Notes: a model not told the origin generated them from the letters alone. Shown: positions 6,464-16,043, counted from the stretch's first letter. The stretch: DNA of 32,000 nt from Candidatus Electronema halotolerans (GCA_942493095.1 OW818675.1:1470001-1502000), one strand, 5' to 3'. Program-made: numbers and translations.

Positions 6464-9400
6464 TTAGAACTGGCCGTGCCCTTGCACGACAATCTTTACG
6501 CTGAAGCTGTACGGCTTGCGGGCAATACCGCTGCCGTCAGTCAGCGTCAGGGTGACAGTATAAGCACCCGGCTTCTGGAAAACGTGGCTGACCGCTTCGC
6601 CCTCAGCTTTGCTGCCGTCGCCGAAATCCCAATGGCATATCCAGCTGTCCTGATCAGCATACAAATCCGTGTAAAAGAGCACCTCATCTCTGGCCCCGCC
6701 GCTGAAGACCTGCTCCGGTTCGTGGAGAATTCGCAGCTCCGGCGGCGGCAGAACGGTAACGGCAATTTCTTTTTCAGCAGCAAGACAAGCTGGTTCCTCT
6801 GAGCTGCCGCTGATGCGCAGCCGGACTATGTACTTGCCCGGCTTGCTGTAACTGTGACGGAACGCCCCGCCCTCCAGCGTCTTGCCGTCGCCAGTATCCC
6901 AACTGAAGAGCGGCTGCACACTGCTTTCCTCCAAGAGCACCGGCGTGATGCGCAGCTCCTCGCCGACAAGCACGGTGAGCTGCTCCGGCAGAGCAAGCTC
7001 CGGCAGACTGAGCACCTGCACGGTCAGTGTCGGGCCGGGCTGGCCGTCCACCACAGTGTGGATTTCCCGCCTGCCGCTTTGCGTGAAGGTCATGCGCACC
7101 GCCCTGCCCTGCTCGTTCAGCCCATTGCCGAAATCCCAATGCACCTGCTCGGCCTCGCCGGTCATGGCGTATTGGACTTCCTGATTGACGCAGACCTGGT
7201 CCGGCCCGTCAATCTGCAAGGCTGGCTGGCCAATAACAAAGACGGGCAGCTCGGTCTGCGCCTTGCCGCAAGATAGATCAGCGTTGTCATCCTCCACGGT
7301 CAGGCGGACGGCATACTGGCCCGGCTCCTTAAAGCTGTGCTGAACAAACCAGCCTTCAGCCTGCTGACCATCGCCGAAATCCCAGCTTGCCTTGCTGACC
7401 GCTCCGTCCTCATCAATGCTCTCGGCAGCGGAGAAATGCAGCACGGTGTTGGGCAGCACAGCCTGCGGGGTTTCAAAGCTCATCGCCTTCCCAGCCGCGC
7501 TCCAGCGGATGCGGGGCACAGGCGGCTGATTGATCTTGATTTCCCGGCTGCTCTCCGAGCTGCTACAGACCGAGTTCTCCGGCTTGTCAGCCTTGAGACG
7601 GACAGTGTAACGCCCTGCCCTCTCATAGCTGTGCCCCGCTGAGACCCCGTTGCCAGTCGCGCCGTCGCCAAAATTCCAGCTATATCGGGCTGATTCCCCA
7701 TTAACCGCCGTTGACCCGGAAGCGTCAAAGGTCAGCTTCTCGCCGACGCAGCCGTCGCTGGCCTTGAAATCCGCCTGCGGCGCAGCCAGCACCCGCACCT
7801 TGCGTTCATCCTCAGCCTGATTGTTGCAGCGACTCAGCTCAGGGGTTGTCACGGTCAGTCTGGCCACATACAGACCCGGATCTTTGTAGATATGATTGGT
7901 CTTGGCCAGCACATCCGTGCTGCCGTCGCCAAAATTCCACGCATAGCCGATGATGGGCCGTTCGCCGCCGCTGGAGGCCGTGCCGTCAAAAGCTGCCGGC
8001 GCATTGCTGCACACCTCAATATACTCGCCAGCTCTCGCCACCGGCGCGGCAATGAGCTGAATGTTTTTCCGCGCCTGACCCGCGTTGCATTCCAGACCGG
8101 AATCATCGAGCACGGTCAGATTGATCGGATAATCGCCCGCCTTGTCATAAACCCGGATCGGATTTGACCCTTCCACCTGCTGGCCGTCGCCAAGGTCCCA
8201 GAGATAGCGCAGCGGCCCGCCCTCCGGGTCATTGGACAACGAGCCGTCAAAGAGGACATGCTCGCCGACGCAGAACAGCTCGCCGGCCGTACGGATCACC
8301 GCTTGCGGCGGATGATTGATCTGCACCGTAATCTGCTTGGCATCGCTGCTGTTGCCCAGCCCTGTCTGATCATCCACCCGCAGGCGCACCGGATAGAGAC
8401 CCGGCGCGGCAAACTGGTGGCTGACGGCCACGCCTTGGCCGCTGCTCTGATCGCCGAAATCCCAATGATAGGCCAGCGGGTCTTGGTCAGGGTCAATGCT
8501 GGCCGAGCCGTCAAATTGCACGAACTGTTCGCAGGTATGCACATCCTTGCCCGGTTCTGCTTTAGGCGGGAAATTGACGGCCACAGTCTGCCGGGCGGTG
8601 GAGGTGTCATTGGCTGCGCCGCTCTCATCCTGCACCGTCAGCACGGCCTGATAACGGCCCGGTTCAGCATAGACATGCTTGACCTGCCTGCCCTCGCCCT
8701 TGCCGCCGTCGCCGAAGTCCCAGCTGCAGGCAGCAATGCCGCCGTCCGCATCTGTTGAGCCGGAAGCATCAAGCAGGACTTCCTTGCCCGGCTCAACACG
8801 CGGCAGAGCCTGCATCCGGGCAACGGGCTGGCTATTGACGGTCACGGTCAGATAATCACTGTGGCTCGCGCCGTCGTTGTCAACAACGGTCAGGCCAACC
8901 TGATACTGGCCGGGCTGGTCAAACTGATGCGCAAACTTTGCTTCCGTATATTTTTTGTCCTCAACCTGCCACGTGAAAGAACTGATCGTGCCGTCCTGAT
9001 CTAAAGAACGGCTGCCGTCAAACTGCACGGTTTCGCCCGGAGCGATGAGCTGATCTGCTCCGGCATCAGCAACTGGTGGCGCATTGACCCGGATGGCCTG
9101 CTGCGCCGACTGCGTCGCGCTGGCCGTGCCGGAAGCATCGGTCACGCGGAGCTGCACCATATAGGTGCCGGGCAGCGGATAAACATGACTGACGTTCACG
9201 CCTTCAGCCTTGCCGCCGTCGCCGAAGTCCCACGTATAACCAATGATCTTGTCGTCCGCATCGCTGGACTTGGAGGCATCAAAGACGACTTGGCTGGTGT
9301 TGACAATCTCCGGCATGGTGATGACCGGCACCGGCGGTGCATTGATCCGCACGGTCTGTTCTGCGAACTGACTTGCATTGCCGACCCCGGAGTCATCCTT

Positions 9401-11302
9401 TGCCGTCAGCCGAACCGTGTACAGGCCGGGTTCTTTGTAGGCATGACTGACCTGCCCGCCCTGCCCTGCTGCCCCGTCGCCAAAATCCCACGTATATAAA
9501 CTGATGCCGCCGTCCGCATCACGGGACTTGTCCGCATTGAAGCTGACCGGGACATTGGCGGCAGCCACTGAGGCCGAGGCCGTGATGACCGGCACTGGGG
9601 CGGCATTGATTCTGATGCTGCCGAGCATCTCGCTGCTGCTGTTGCTGAGGCCGGAGTCATCCTCAATTTGCAGCCGGATGCTATAGAGACCGGGCTGCTG
9701 CCACGCATGCTTGACCGTCTCACCCCTGCCCTGCTCGCCTTTTTCGCCGAAATTCCATCTGTAGGCCGTGATCGTGCCGTCACTGTCCAAGGACTGGCCC
9801 GCATCCAGCATCACTTCCTCGCCCGGCGCAGCCACCCGCTTGAACGTGAATTTCGCCAATGGCGCGGCATTGATCAAAATGCTGTGCTTGGCCTGATCAG
9901 TCGTGCAGAGACCCGGCCCGTCGTCCTCCACGATGAGCCGCACCTGATAGAGGCCGGGGCGGGCAAAGCTGTGCTCAATGGCCGGGCCGTTGTCTTCCCG
10001 GTCTTTGTCAAAAATCCAGCGGTAACGGATGAGTCTGCCGTCGGCATCTGCGGATGCGCTGCCGTCAAAGCGCACTTTTTCACCGGGAGCAGCACTGGCC
10101 GGGGCGGCAATCTGCGCCTTGGGCGGGGCATTGATGGTTATCGGCACTTCCACGCCCGCCTGATTGGCGACAAAGCCGGAGTCGTCCCGCACGGTCAGCT
10201 TGGCCGTGTATTTGCCCGGCTCTTGAAAATCATGAGTGATGCGGCTGCCGGTCGCGGTGCTGCCGTCGGCAAATTGCCATTCAAACTGGAGCTGGTCATC
10301 ATCCTGATCAACCGTGCCAGAGGCATCGAGCACGGCGGTATTGCAGGCGGACAACGGCGTGACCGTGACTTTCGGCTCCGGTATATGGTTGGCAGGAGCA
10401 AGAAAGGGCGGCAGCTCCAACGGAATTTCCCGGCCCTGATCATCCTCCAGCCAGAGCTGGACATAATTCACCTTGGCCGAGGAGAGCAGCACGGCAACAG
10501 TCTGGCCTTTTTCCTCGTTAAGGAGAGTGATCTTGGCGAAATCCGTGCTCTTGTCCTCCGAGCTTTTGAGTGCCACCTTTGGCCGCGCTGGCGAGGAAAA
10601 AGAGATGCGACCGCCGAAATTAGCAGTGTCAGCGTCAAAATTGGTGATTTTAAACGATTGACTTGCGGCTGGAATCGTGAAACGGATTTCTGTGTTCAAA
10701 GCCGAAGCATCCGGCACCTGCACATTCACTGCCGGAGCATAAAGGCGAAGACCGGGAACAGCCGTGTTCTTCTTTTCATCCGCTGAGATGAAGAGCTGAA
10801 ACTTGTTGCTGCCCGGGCCGGAAATGCCGTCAACCACGAGCTGAAAGAGAATCCTCCCGTCCGGGAGCCTGCCGTCCGCAGGGTTCAGAGCGGCAATAGT
10901 CCGCCAGCGGCTGTCGTAGAACGAGTTTTCGCCCAGCTCCAATGAGGCCAGCGGCGAAGCTTGGGGCAACGGCTCATCAATTTTGCGCAGATTCTGCTTG
11001 ATGGCTTGGCCGCCATAGACCAGATAGCGCACCTTGGAATTGTTATAATCAAGATCAAGCGTGCCGCCGAAATCAGCATCAAAAATGCGGACAAAAAGTT
11101 TGTCCGCAGAGCTGACATCGACTGAAAAATAAAAGACAAACCGCTGAAAATTCTCCTCAGTGACTTCCGGGCCAGTGGTGATGAGGAAATTCTGCTTTTC
11201 CGCTGCCATGACATTGCCTGCGGAGAGCAGCAGAAAAAGAAGGAGGGCGGCAATATAACGCATAATTGATCTAACAGCGGTTGGAATGCTTTGGTGAAAC
11301 AT
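6464..11302 (-). CDS. Giant secreted protein: signal peptide, ~270-aa unassigned N-terminal region, 15 tandem PKD domains
   Basis: 1612 aa. Signal peptide MRYIAALLLFLLLSAGNVMA (alternative start ATG 11263). There are fifteen W-x-F/L-G-D-G type PKD signatures (e.g. YTWDFGDG, CSWDFGDG, YHWDFGDQ, CHWDFGDG), each followed by the PG-Y-V-L-V-D pattern. I see no C-terminal anchor or sorting motif. Confidence 0.9.
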   Translation of the reverse strand: MFHQSIPTAVRSIMRYIAALLLFLLLSAGNVMAAEKQNFLITTGPEVTEENFQRFVFYFSVDVSSADKLFVRIFDADFGGTLDLDYNNSKVRYLVYGGQAIKQNLRKIDEPLPQASPLASLELGENSFYDSRWRTIAALNPADGRLPDGRILFQLVVDGISGPGSNKFQLFISADEKKNTAVPGLRLYAPAVNVQVPDASALNTEIRFTIPAASQSFKITNFDADTANFGGRISFSSPARPKVALKSSEDKSTDFAKITLLNEEKGQTVAVLLSSAKVNYVQLWLEDDQGREIPLELPPFLAPANHIPEPKVTVTPLSACNTAVLDASGTVDQDDDQLQFEWQFADGSTATGSRITHDFQEPGKYTAKLTVRDDSGFVANQAGVEVPITINAPPKAQIAAPASAAPGEKVRFDGSASADADGRLIRYRWIFDKDREDNGPAIEHSFARPGLYQVRLIVEDDGPGLCTTDQAKHSILINAAPLAKFTFKRVAAPGEEVMLDAGQSLDSDGTITAYRWNFGEKGEQGRGETVKHAWQQPGLYSIRLQIEDDSGLSNSSSEMLGSIRINAAPVPVITASASVAAANVPVSFNADKSRDADGGISLYTWDFGDGAAGQGGQVSHAYKEPGLYTVRLTAKDDSGVGNASQFAEQTVRINAPPVPVITMPEIVNTSQVVFDASKSSDADDKIIGYTWDFGDGGKAEGVNVSHVYPLPGTYMVQLRVTDASGTASATQSAQQAIRVNAPPVADAGADQLIAPGETVQFDGSRSLDQDGTISSFTWQVEDKKYTEAKFAHQFDQPGQYQVGLTVVDNDGASHSDYLTVTVNSQPVARMQALPRVEPGKEVLLDASGSTDADGGIAACSWDFGDGGKGEGRQVKHVYAEPGRYQAVLTVQDESGAANDTSTARQTVAVNFPPKAEPGKDVHTCEQFVQFDGSASIDPDQDPLAYHWDFGDQSSGQGVAVSHQFAAPGLYPVRLRVDDQTGLGNSSDAKQITVQINHPPQAVIRTAGELFCVGEHVLFDGSLSNDPEGGPLRYLWDLGDGQQVEGSNPIRVYDKAGDYPINLTVLDDSGLECNAGQARKNIQLIAAPVARAGEYIEVCSNAPAAFDGTASSGGERPIIGYAWNFGDGSTDVLAKTNHIYKDPGLYVARLTVTTPELSRCNNQAEDERKVRVLAAPQADFKASDGCVGEKLTFDASGSTAVNGESARYSWNFGDGATGNGVSAGHSYERAGRYTVRLKADKPENSVCSSSESSREIKINQPPVPRIRWSAAGKAMSFETPQAVLPNTVLHFSAAESIDEDGAVSKASWDFGDGQQAEGWFVQHSFKEPGQYAVRLTVEDDNADLSCGKAQTELPVFVIGQPALQIDGPDQVCVNQEVQYAMTGEAEQVHWDFGNGLNEQGRAVRMTFTQSGRREIHTVVDGQPGPTLTVQVLSLPELALPEQLTVLVGEELRITPVLLEESSVQPLFSWDTGDGKTLEGGAFRHSYSKPGKYIVRLRISGSSEEPACLAAEKEIAVTVLPPPELRILHEPEQVFSGGARDEVLFYTDLYADQDSWICHWDFGDGSKAEGEAVSHVFQKPGAYTVTLTLTDGSGIARKPYSFSVKIVVQGHGQF
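6467..10375 (-). repeat. Coding tandem repeat region (15 PKD-domain units of about 85-90 aa)
   Basis: The domain periodicity is visible in the translation. There are also DNA-level identities, e.g. the 25-mer CCTTGCCGCCGTCGCCGAAGTCCCA at 8698-8722 and 9208-9232 (offset 510 nt, equal to two units). Confidence 0.8.
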
Positions 11303-11324
11303 CCGCAGCCCAGGGTGAGATGCG

Positions 11325-13442
11325 TCAGTCTTGGAGTTGCTTCTCCGTCTTTTTGGCGGTATGGACCACCAAGGCCGGTTTGCCGCAGTTGTGCAGGACT
11401 GCGTCCGCCAAGGTGCCGAACAGCCTGCGCTGCAAACCAGAGACCCGGTCGGCGGTCATGATGATCAGGTCGTGCTCCTCTGCTTCCCGGAGCACGGATT
11501 CCAGCCGGGAATCGGTGATCTCGGCTACAGAGCGGGGCTTTTCCAGTCCGTAAAAACGGGCGGACACCCATGCTTCCAGAGCCTGCGCCGCTTCGGCCTC
11601 CTCATCAAGGGAACTGTCCGCAGGCAGGAGATGCTGAAAGGTCAGCTTGGAGCCGCAGGCCGCCGTCATCGCCTCCAGCACCGGACGCAGGCTGTCTAAT
11701 TCCTGCGGATGGATGAACGGCACTAAGATGCGCTGACAGATCATGGAGCCGACAAAGCGCACCGCAATCACCGGACAGGAGACCGTGTCCGTGATCCGTT
11801 CCATCATCTTGTGAAATTTGAGCGGATTGCGGCTGACCGGATAGCCGATCACCAAAGCGACCGCCTGATGCTCCTGCGCTGCCGCTGCCAAGGCCACGTC
11901 GATCTTGTCCGCATGAATGAGCTTGGTCTGGAGCTGATAGCCCAGCATCCTCGCCTCGTCAATCTCAGGAAAGCAGAGGTTTTCCTGCTCTTCACAGACC
12001 AATCCTGGGGCTACAGGTGAAATCACCCGCACGGACAGGGGCTGCGCGCCGAGATGATCAGCAAGAATGGTTGCCGCTCTGGTCAGGGCGCGGACTGTGG
12101 CAAAATGGGCCGCCCCGATCAGAACCGTGCCTGTCGGGTTGGCATTGGGATGAAGCTGCTGCTTGGTCCACGGCTCCAACCTGAGACGGCTGCGCTTGTG
12201 TTTTTTGCCGAACAGGGCGGCTATGCCGGAAGCCTCATCCTCCGCCTGCTTCTTTATTTCTCCGGCCTTGTTCAGGGTGATGCCGACCAGCAGCGGGCCG
12301 AAAATCTCGGAGAGCATCACCCCGGCCAGGACCACGGGCGTGACAATGTCAGCCCATTGCGAGAGGCTGGCATCCGCGCTGACCAGAAAGACAAAACCAA
12401 TGGCCATGCCAGCTTGAGGAATAAAGGCCAGGCCGAGATAGTTGCGCACCATGCTCTCTGCCCCGGCCAGCCAAGCTCCGAGCCAGCTGCCGCAGTATTT
12501 GCCGATCATCCGGGCAAGGAAATAGACCAGTCCCAGCCAGCCTGCGGCCATCAGGGCCGAGAGATTGAGATGCGCTCCGGCCAAGGTGAAGAAGAGCACG
12601 TAAATCGGCGGCTCAAAGCCGTTGATGATCCGAAAGAGCCGCACATCCCGCTCGGCATTGTTGATGATGATGAAGCCGACCGCCATGCCGACCAAGAGCG
12701 GGGAAAGTCCTGCCAGCCGGGACAATTCGCCGGCAAGCAGGAGCAGAGCCAAGCCAGCGGTGAGCATCTCGCCCTGGCTGCGCAGCTTGTCAAGAATTTT
12801 GTCCAAGAGCAGACCTGCGCTGATGCCGACCGCAAGTGAGCCGCCAGTCTCATAGAGGCACAGCAGCAGCCCTTGGCCTGGCCCGGCCAAATTGCGGGCA
12901 GCGGACAGGGCCATGCCAAAGATCATGATGGCCAGCGCGTCGCCGACCGCCACTGAGGCCATCAGGGTGGAGGTCAGCGGGCCGCGTGCGCCCAGCTCCT
13001 GGACCACGTGCAGCAGGGTGGCCGGGGCATTGGCGGCGGCAATCGCGCCAAGGAGCAGGGCCAAGGTGAATTGGCTGCTGCTGTCCGCAGTTCCGGGCAG
13101 CAGGCGGAGCGTGGCAAAGACTGCGCCTGTGACCAAGGCAAAGGCGGCGACAGACTGGACAGCGGCAATCCAGAGCACGGTGCGCTCCATGCCTTTGAGG
13201 CGGCGCAGCTCCACGTGCTCGCCAATGCCAAAGGCGATCAGCATCAGGGCGATGCTGGTGAAATGATCAAGCTGATGGCCCATCAGGTCATCAGTGACTA
13301 AGCCGAGACCTGACTCGCCCAGCAGCAGGCCCGCAAGAATGAAGCCGGTCACAGAGGGCATACGAAAAAGCTGGGCCAGCTTGGCGGCGGCCAGTCCTGC
13401 GGCCAGCAGAACGGCTATGCCGAGGGCGGCATCATGGATCAT
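11325..13442 (-). CDS. CPA2-family cation:proton antiporter fused to a C-terminal Usp-like cytoplasmic region
   Basis: 705 aa. The N-terminal ~400 aa are polytopic, with the Na_H_Exchanger-type start (…AKLAQLFRMPSVTGFILAGLLLGESGLG). The soluble C-terminal ~300 aa have Usp-like strand/helix patterns (…ALVIGYP…, …DLIIMTA…). The stop lies only 22 nt upstream of the PKD gene start. Confidence 0.8.
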   Translation of the reverse strand: MIHDAALGIAVLLAAGLAAAKLAQLFRMPSVTGFILAGLLLGESGLGLVTDDLMGHQLDHFTSIALMLIAFGIGEHVELRRLKGMERTVLWIAAVQSVAAFALVTGAVFATLRLLPGTADSSSQFTLALLLGAIAAANAPATLLHVVQELGARGPLTSTLMASVAVGDALAIMIFGMALSAARNLAGPGQGLLLCLYETGGSLAVGISAGLLLDKILDKLRSQGEMLTAGLALLLLAGELSRLAGLSPLLVGMAVGFIIINNAERDVRLFRIINGFEPPIYVLFFTLAGAHLNLSALMAAGWLGLVYFLARMIGKYCGSWLGAWLAGAESMVRNYLGLAFIPQAGMAIGFVFLVSADASLSQWADIVTPVVLAGVMLSEIFGPLLVGITLNKAGEIKKQAEDEASGIAALFGKKHKRSRLRLEPWTKQQLHPNANPTGTVLIGAAHFATVRALTRAATILADHLGAQPLSVRVISPVAPGLVCEEQENLCFPEIDEARMLGYQLQTKLIHADKIDVALAAAAQEHQAVALVIGYPVSRNPLKFHKMMERITDTVSCPVIAVRFVGSMICQRILVPFIHPQELDSLRPVLEAMTAACGSKLTFQHLLPADSSLDEEAEAAQALEAWVSARFYGLEKPRSVAEITDSRLESVLREAEEHDLIIMTADRVSGLQRRLFGTLADAVLHNCGKPALVVHTAKKTEKQLQD

Positions 13443-13495
13443 GAGGTCAGTTTTGTTATGCTCTGGAAAGGGGAAACGGTCTGTTGGTCAAAGAG

Positions 13496-13525
13496 ATTGT
13501 ACCCCAGCTGACTCGTTTTGCTCAA
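13496..13525 (-). promoter_or_regulatory. Sigma70-type promoter candidate for the antiporter gene
   Basis: On the minus strand: TTGAGC (13525-13520), 18-nt spacer, TACAAT (13501-13496). This is about 55 nt upstream of ATG 13442. Confidence 0.35.
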
Positions 13526-13785
13526 GGGCAAGATGGCCTGGCCGCCGCCTGTTTTTTCCGCTGACCTGCTCCGGGGCTGCGGGACAAGATGTTGCCTCCA
13601 CGCTGCCGTATTACCTAACTGGCAGCAATCACTGTTCATCCAGTTCAAGCCAAGGCGTGACTCCTCACGAGGAGAGATCATCGGCACATTGCCGTGAATT
13701 CTTTTTTCTCTTGACAATCGTTCTTTTTTTTCAGAGGATTACGGACATGCAGAAAGATCAATTTTTATCTTCAAGGAGGATTCTT

Positions 13786-14154
13786 GTGAAAATCAACCAG
13801 TTCTGCTGTGTTTCGGCCCTGACCGCAGCCGTTTTGCTCACCGGTTTGACCTCAGCGGATGCCGAGACCTTTTCCGGCACGGTGCTTGCCCTGACCAAAG
13901 GCAACAAAGCGACCGTTATTGAAATTGCTCCAGAGCGTGCCGGAAATCCGCCTTCATACCGCTGCACCGTCTCCACCGAGTTCCAAGAAATTGCGGACAT
14001 GCTGATGCAGACTATGAAGACCAAAGACTCTGTCATCGTCACCAGTTCAGACAACTGCAAGGCGACAGGAATGCTGCGCGACTGCGGCAGCGTGGTCACA
14101 GTTGAGATCATCAGAAAGAAAATAACGCCTCAGTCGCAAGGGATGAGGTATTGA
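13786..14154 (+). CDS. Small secreted hypothetical protein
   Basis: GTG 13786 lies 6 nt after AGGAGG. It gives the signal peptide VKINQFCCVSALTAAVLLTGLTSADA with an A-x-A-type cleavage site. ATG 13747 is an alternative start. The ORF-track extension back to 13294 overlaps the antiporter gene and is rejected. Confidence 0.55.
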   Translation: MKINQFCCVSALTAAVLLTGLTSADAETFSGTVLALTKGNKATVIEIAPERAGNPPSYRCTVSTEFQEIADMLMQTMKTKDSVIVTSSDNCKATGMLRDCGSVVTVEIIRKKITPQSQGMRY

Positions 14155-14304
14155 TATATACTGTTTGTCAGCCGCGCCTCGCCTCAAAGGGCGGGGCCTT
14201 GCTGAAGAGCACGTTGCTGTCACGCCGCAGGCACCGGAGTGCCAGACCCGCATCACGTCGTTTTTCTGTGCGGCAATTTTTTCTTTCTCAGGAGAACTCA
14301 ATTC

Positions 14305-15366
14305 ATGGCGATCTTAGACAAGGTGTTCAAAGCGGCGGTTGATCTCAAGGCATCTGACATCCATGTCCTGCCGGGTGAGCCGTTCATGGTCCGGCGGCTG
14401 GGCAAGATGATCCGGCTGAAAAGCCAGCCCCTCACCGACGCGAGCTGCCGCAAGGTGATCATGGAAATTCTCAGCCCGGAGCAGCAGCGCACCCTGCGCG
14501 AGCAGCTCCAGATAGATTTTGCCTACGAGATTCAAGGGCTGGGCCGCTTCCGGGGCAGCGCGATGTTTCACAACAACGGCCTGAGCTGCATTTTCCGGGC
14601 CATTCCCGGCAAGATTCCCTCGTTCAAGGAACTGGGCATCCCGGATGTGATGTACAAAATCTTGGAAAACCACCAAGGCATCATCTTGGTCACTGGCGCG
14701 ACCGGGCACGGCAAGACCACCACGCTCGCTTCAATGGTGGATTATATCAACAGCAACCACGCTCACCATGTTCTGACCGTTGAAGACCCGATTGAGTTTG
14801 TCCATCCGCTCAAGAAAGGAGCGATCAATCAGCGGCAGCTTGGCAAGGACACCATGTCATACGCGAATGCCCTCAAAGGCGCGCTGCGCCAGGACCCGGA
14901 TGTGATTGTCATCGGCGAGCTGCGCGATTTGGATACCATATCGCTGGCCATTTCCGCCTCTGAGACCGGCCACTTGGTCATCGGCACCCTTTCGACCTCC
15001 AGCGCGCCCAAAACGGTTGACCGGGTTATTGACTCCTATCCGGCAGGCGAGCAGAACCAAGTCCGGGCCATGCTCAGTGAGTCGCTGAAAGCGGTCTTCA
15101 CCCAGCGGCTCCTGCCCGGTGCGGACGGCACAGCCATGCACTTGGCTGTGGAGATCATGATCGGCAACCTGTCCATTGCCAATCTGATCAAGGACAACAA
15201 GACCTTCCAGATTCGCTCCACCATGCAGATGGGCCGGGCCGTGGGCATGAAGCTGATGGACGAATCAATCATCGAGATGCTTCAAGCAGGCAAAATCACC
15301 TACGATACTGCCAAGGCCAATATTGACAAGAAAGAGCTGCTCAGGCCCTTTGCCCCTAAAGCGTGA
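14305..15366 (+). CDS. pilT: PilT-family type IV pilus retraction-type ATPase (His box lacks the distal His)
   Basis: ATG 14305 follows SD AGGAGA. N-terminus ...KASDIHVLPGEPFMVRR, Walker A GATGHGKTT, Asp box LTVEDPIEFVH, Walker B DPDVIVIGELRD, PilT-type IANLIKDNK motif. The His box reads TGHLVIGTLST where canonical PilT has ...TLHT. Confidence 0.85.
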   Translation: MAILDKVFKAAVDLKASDIHVLPGEPFMVRRLGKMIRLKSQPLTDASCRKVIMEILSPEQQRTLREQLQIDFAYEIQGLGRFRGSAMFHNNGLSCIFRAIPGKIPSFKELGIPDVMYKILENHQGIILVTGATGHGKTTTLASMVDYINSNHAHHVLTVEDPIEFVHPLKKGAINQRQLGKDTMSYANALKGALRQDPDVIVIGELRDLDTISLAISASETGHLVIGTLSTSSAPKTVDRVIDSYPAGEQNQVRAMLSESLKAVFTQRLLPGADGTAMHLAVEIMIGNLSIANLIKDNKTFQIRSTMQMGRAVGMKLMDESIIEMLQAGKITYDTAKANIDKKELLRPFAPKA

Positions 15367-15371
15367 CTGCC

Positions 15372-16043
15372 ATGAAAAGAAAAATCATCGCCATCAATGA
15401 AGAGCTTTGCACTGGCTGCGGCGACTGCATCCCCAACTGCGCGGAAGGCTCGCTGCGGATCGTTGACGGCAAGGCCAAATTAGTGGCAGACAATCTCTGC
15501 GACGGCTTGGGAGCCTGTCTTGGTCATTGCCCGACTGGGGCCTTGTCAGTGATTGAACGGGAGGCGGATGCCTTTGATGAGGAGGCTGTGGAGCAATTCT
15601 TGGCAGAGGAAGGGGAGAAGGAGCCAAGCACCTGTCCTTCCGCGCAGGCGAAAACAGGCTCGTGCGAGAGCGCGAATTGGCCGGTGCAGATTCGGCTCGT
15701 CCCTCCTGCCGCGCCGTTTTTGGAAAACTGCGACCTGCTCATTGCTGCTGACTGCACGGCTGTTGCCTGTCCAAGCTTGCAGCAGGATTTCATCCAAGGC
15801 CGCAAAGTGATGATGGGCTGTCCCAAGTTTGATGACCAGCAGCTCTATGTTGACCGCTTCACCGAGCTGTTCAAAACCAGAAAACTGAACAGCGTCACCA
15901 TGCTGATCATGGAGGTGCCCTGCTGCGCGGCCATGCTGCAAATTGTCCGCAGAGCGCACAGCCAAGCTGGTGCCACGGTGCCGGTGCGGCAGGTGGTGAT
16001 TTCCACCCAAGGCGCAGTTCTCGACACGCAGAATTGGCTCTGA
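15372..16043 (+). CDS. 4Fe-4S dicluster-type iron-sulfur protein with a Cys-rich C-terminal domain
   Basis: Ferredoxin motifs CTGCGDCIPNC and CDGLGACLGHCP. The C-terminal part has further Cys (ADCTAVACP, GCPKFDD, EVPCCAAM). The start is either ATG 15372 or GTG 15363, which overlaps the pilT stop (GTGA). Confidence 0.7.
   Translation: MKRKIIAINEELCTGCGDCIPNCAEGSLRIVDGKAKLVADNLCDGLGACLGHCPTGALSVIEREADAFDEEAVEQFLAEEGEKEPSTCPSAQAKTGSCESANWPVQIRLVPPAAPFLENCDLLIAADCTAVACPSLQQDFIQGRKVMMGCPKFDDQQLYVDRFTELFKTRKLNSVTMLIMEVPCCAAMLQIVRRAHSQAGATVPVRQVVISTQGAVLDTQNWL

Noticed and set aside
6439-6465. Hairpin AAGCACCA-N11-TGGTGCTT overlapping the PKD gene stop, as a bidirectional terminator
   Set aside because: There is no T-run on either strand and the loop is 11 nt. 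It also includes the stop codon itself, so I cannot call it a terminator.
8698-9232. Identical 25-mer at 8698-8722 and 9208-9232, as a possible mobile-element terminal repeat
   Set aside because: Both copies lie in the same frame of consecutive PKD units, at the conserved GDG-encoding position. They are explained by domain repetition.
9668-10786. 372-aa plus-strand ORF antisense to the PKD gene (and similar ones at 6854..7276, 8258..8758, 7892..8167)
   Set aside because: These are shadow ORFs opposite a strongly supported repetitive gene. They are Arg/Gly/Ala-rich, with no motifs.
12054-12839. 261-aa plus-strand ORF, plus other ORFs inside the antiporter gene (12892..13266, 13008..13301, 12551..12919)
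   Set aside because: They are antisense or off-frame relative to a polytopic transporter gene with an obvious hydrophobic periodicity.
13294-13785. 5' extension of ORF 13294..14154
   Set aside because: The first ~150 nt overlap the antiporter gene on the opposite strand, and the translation is Pro/Arg/Ser-rich. A start at GTG 13786 (or ATG 13747), with an AGGAGG SD, gives a clean signal peptide.
14171-14200. GC-rich imperfect hairpin downstream of the small secreted protein gene
   Set aside because: The stem needs a wobble or mismatch and is not followed by a T-tract, so support as a terminator is weak.
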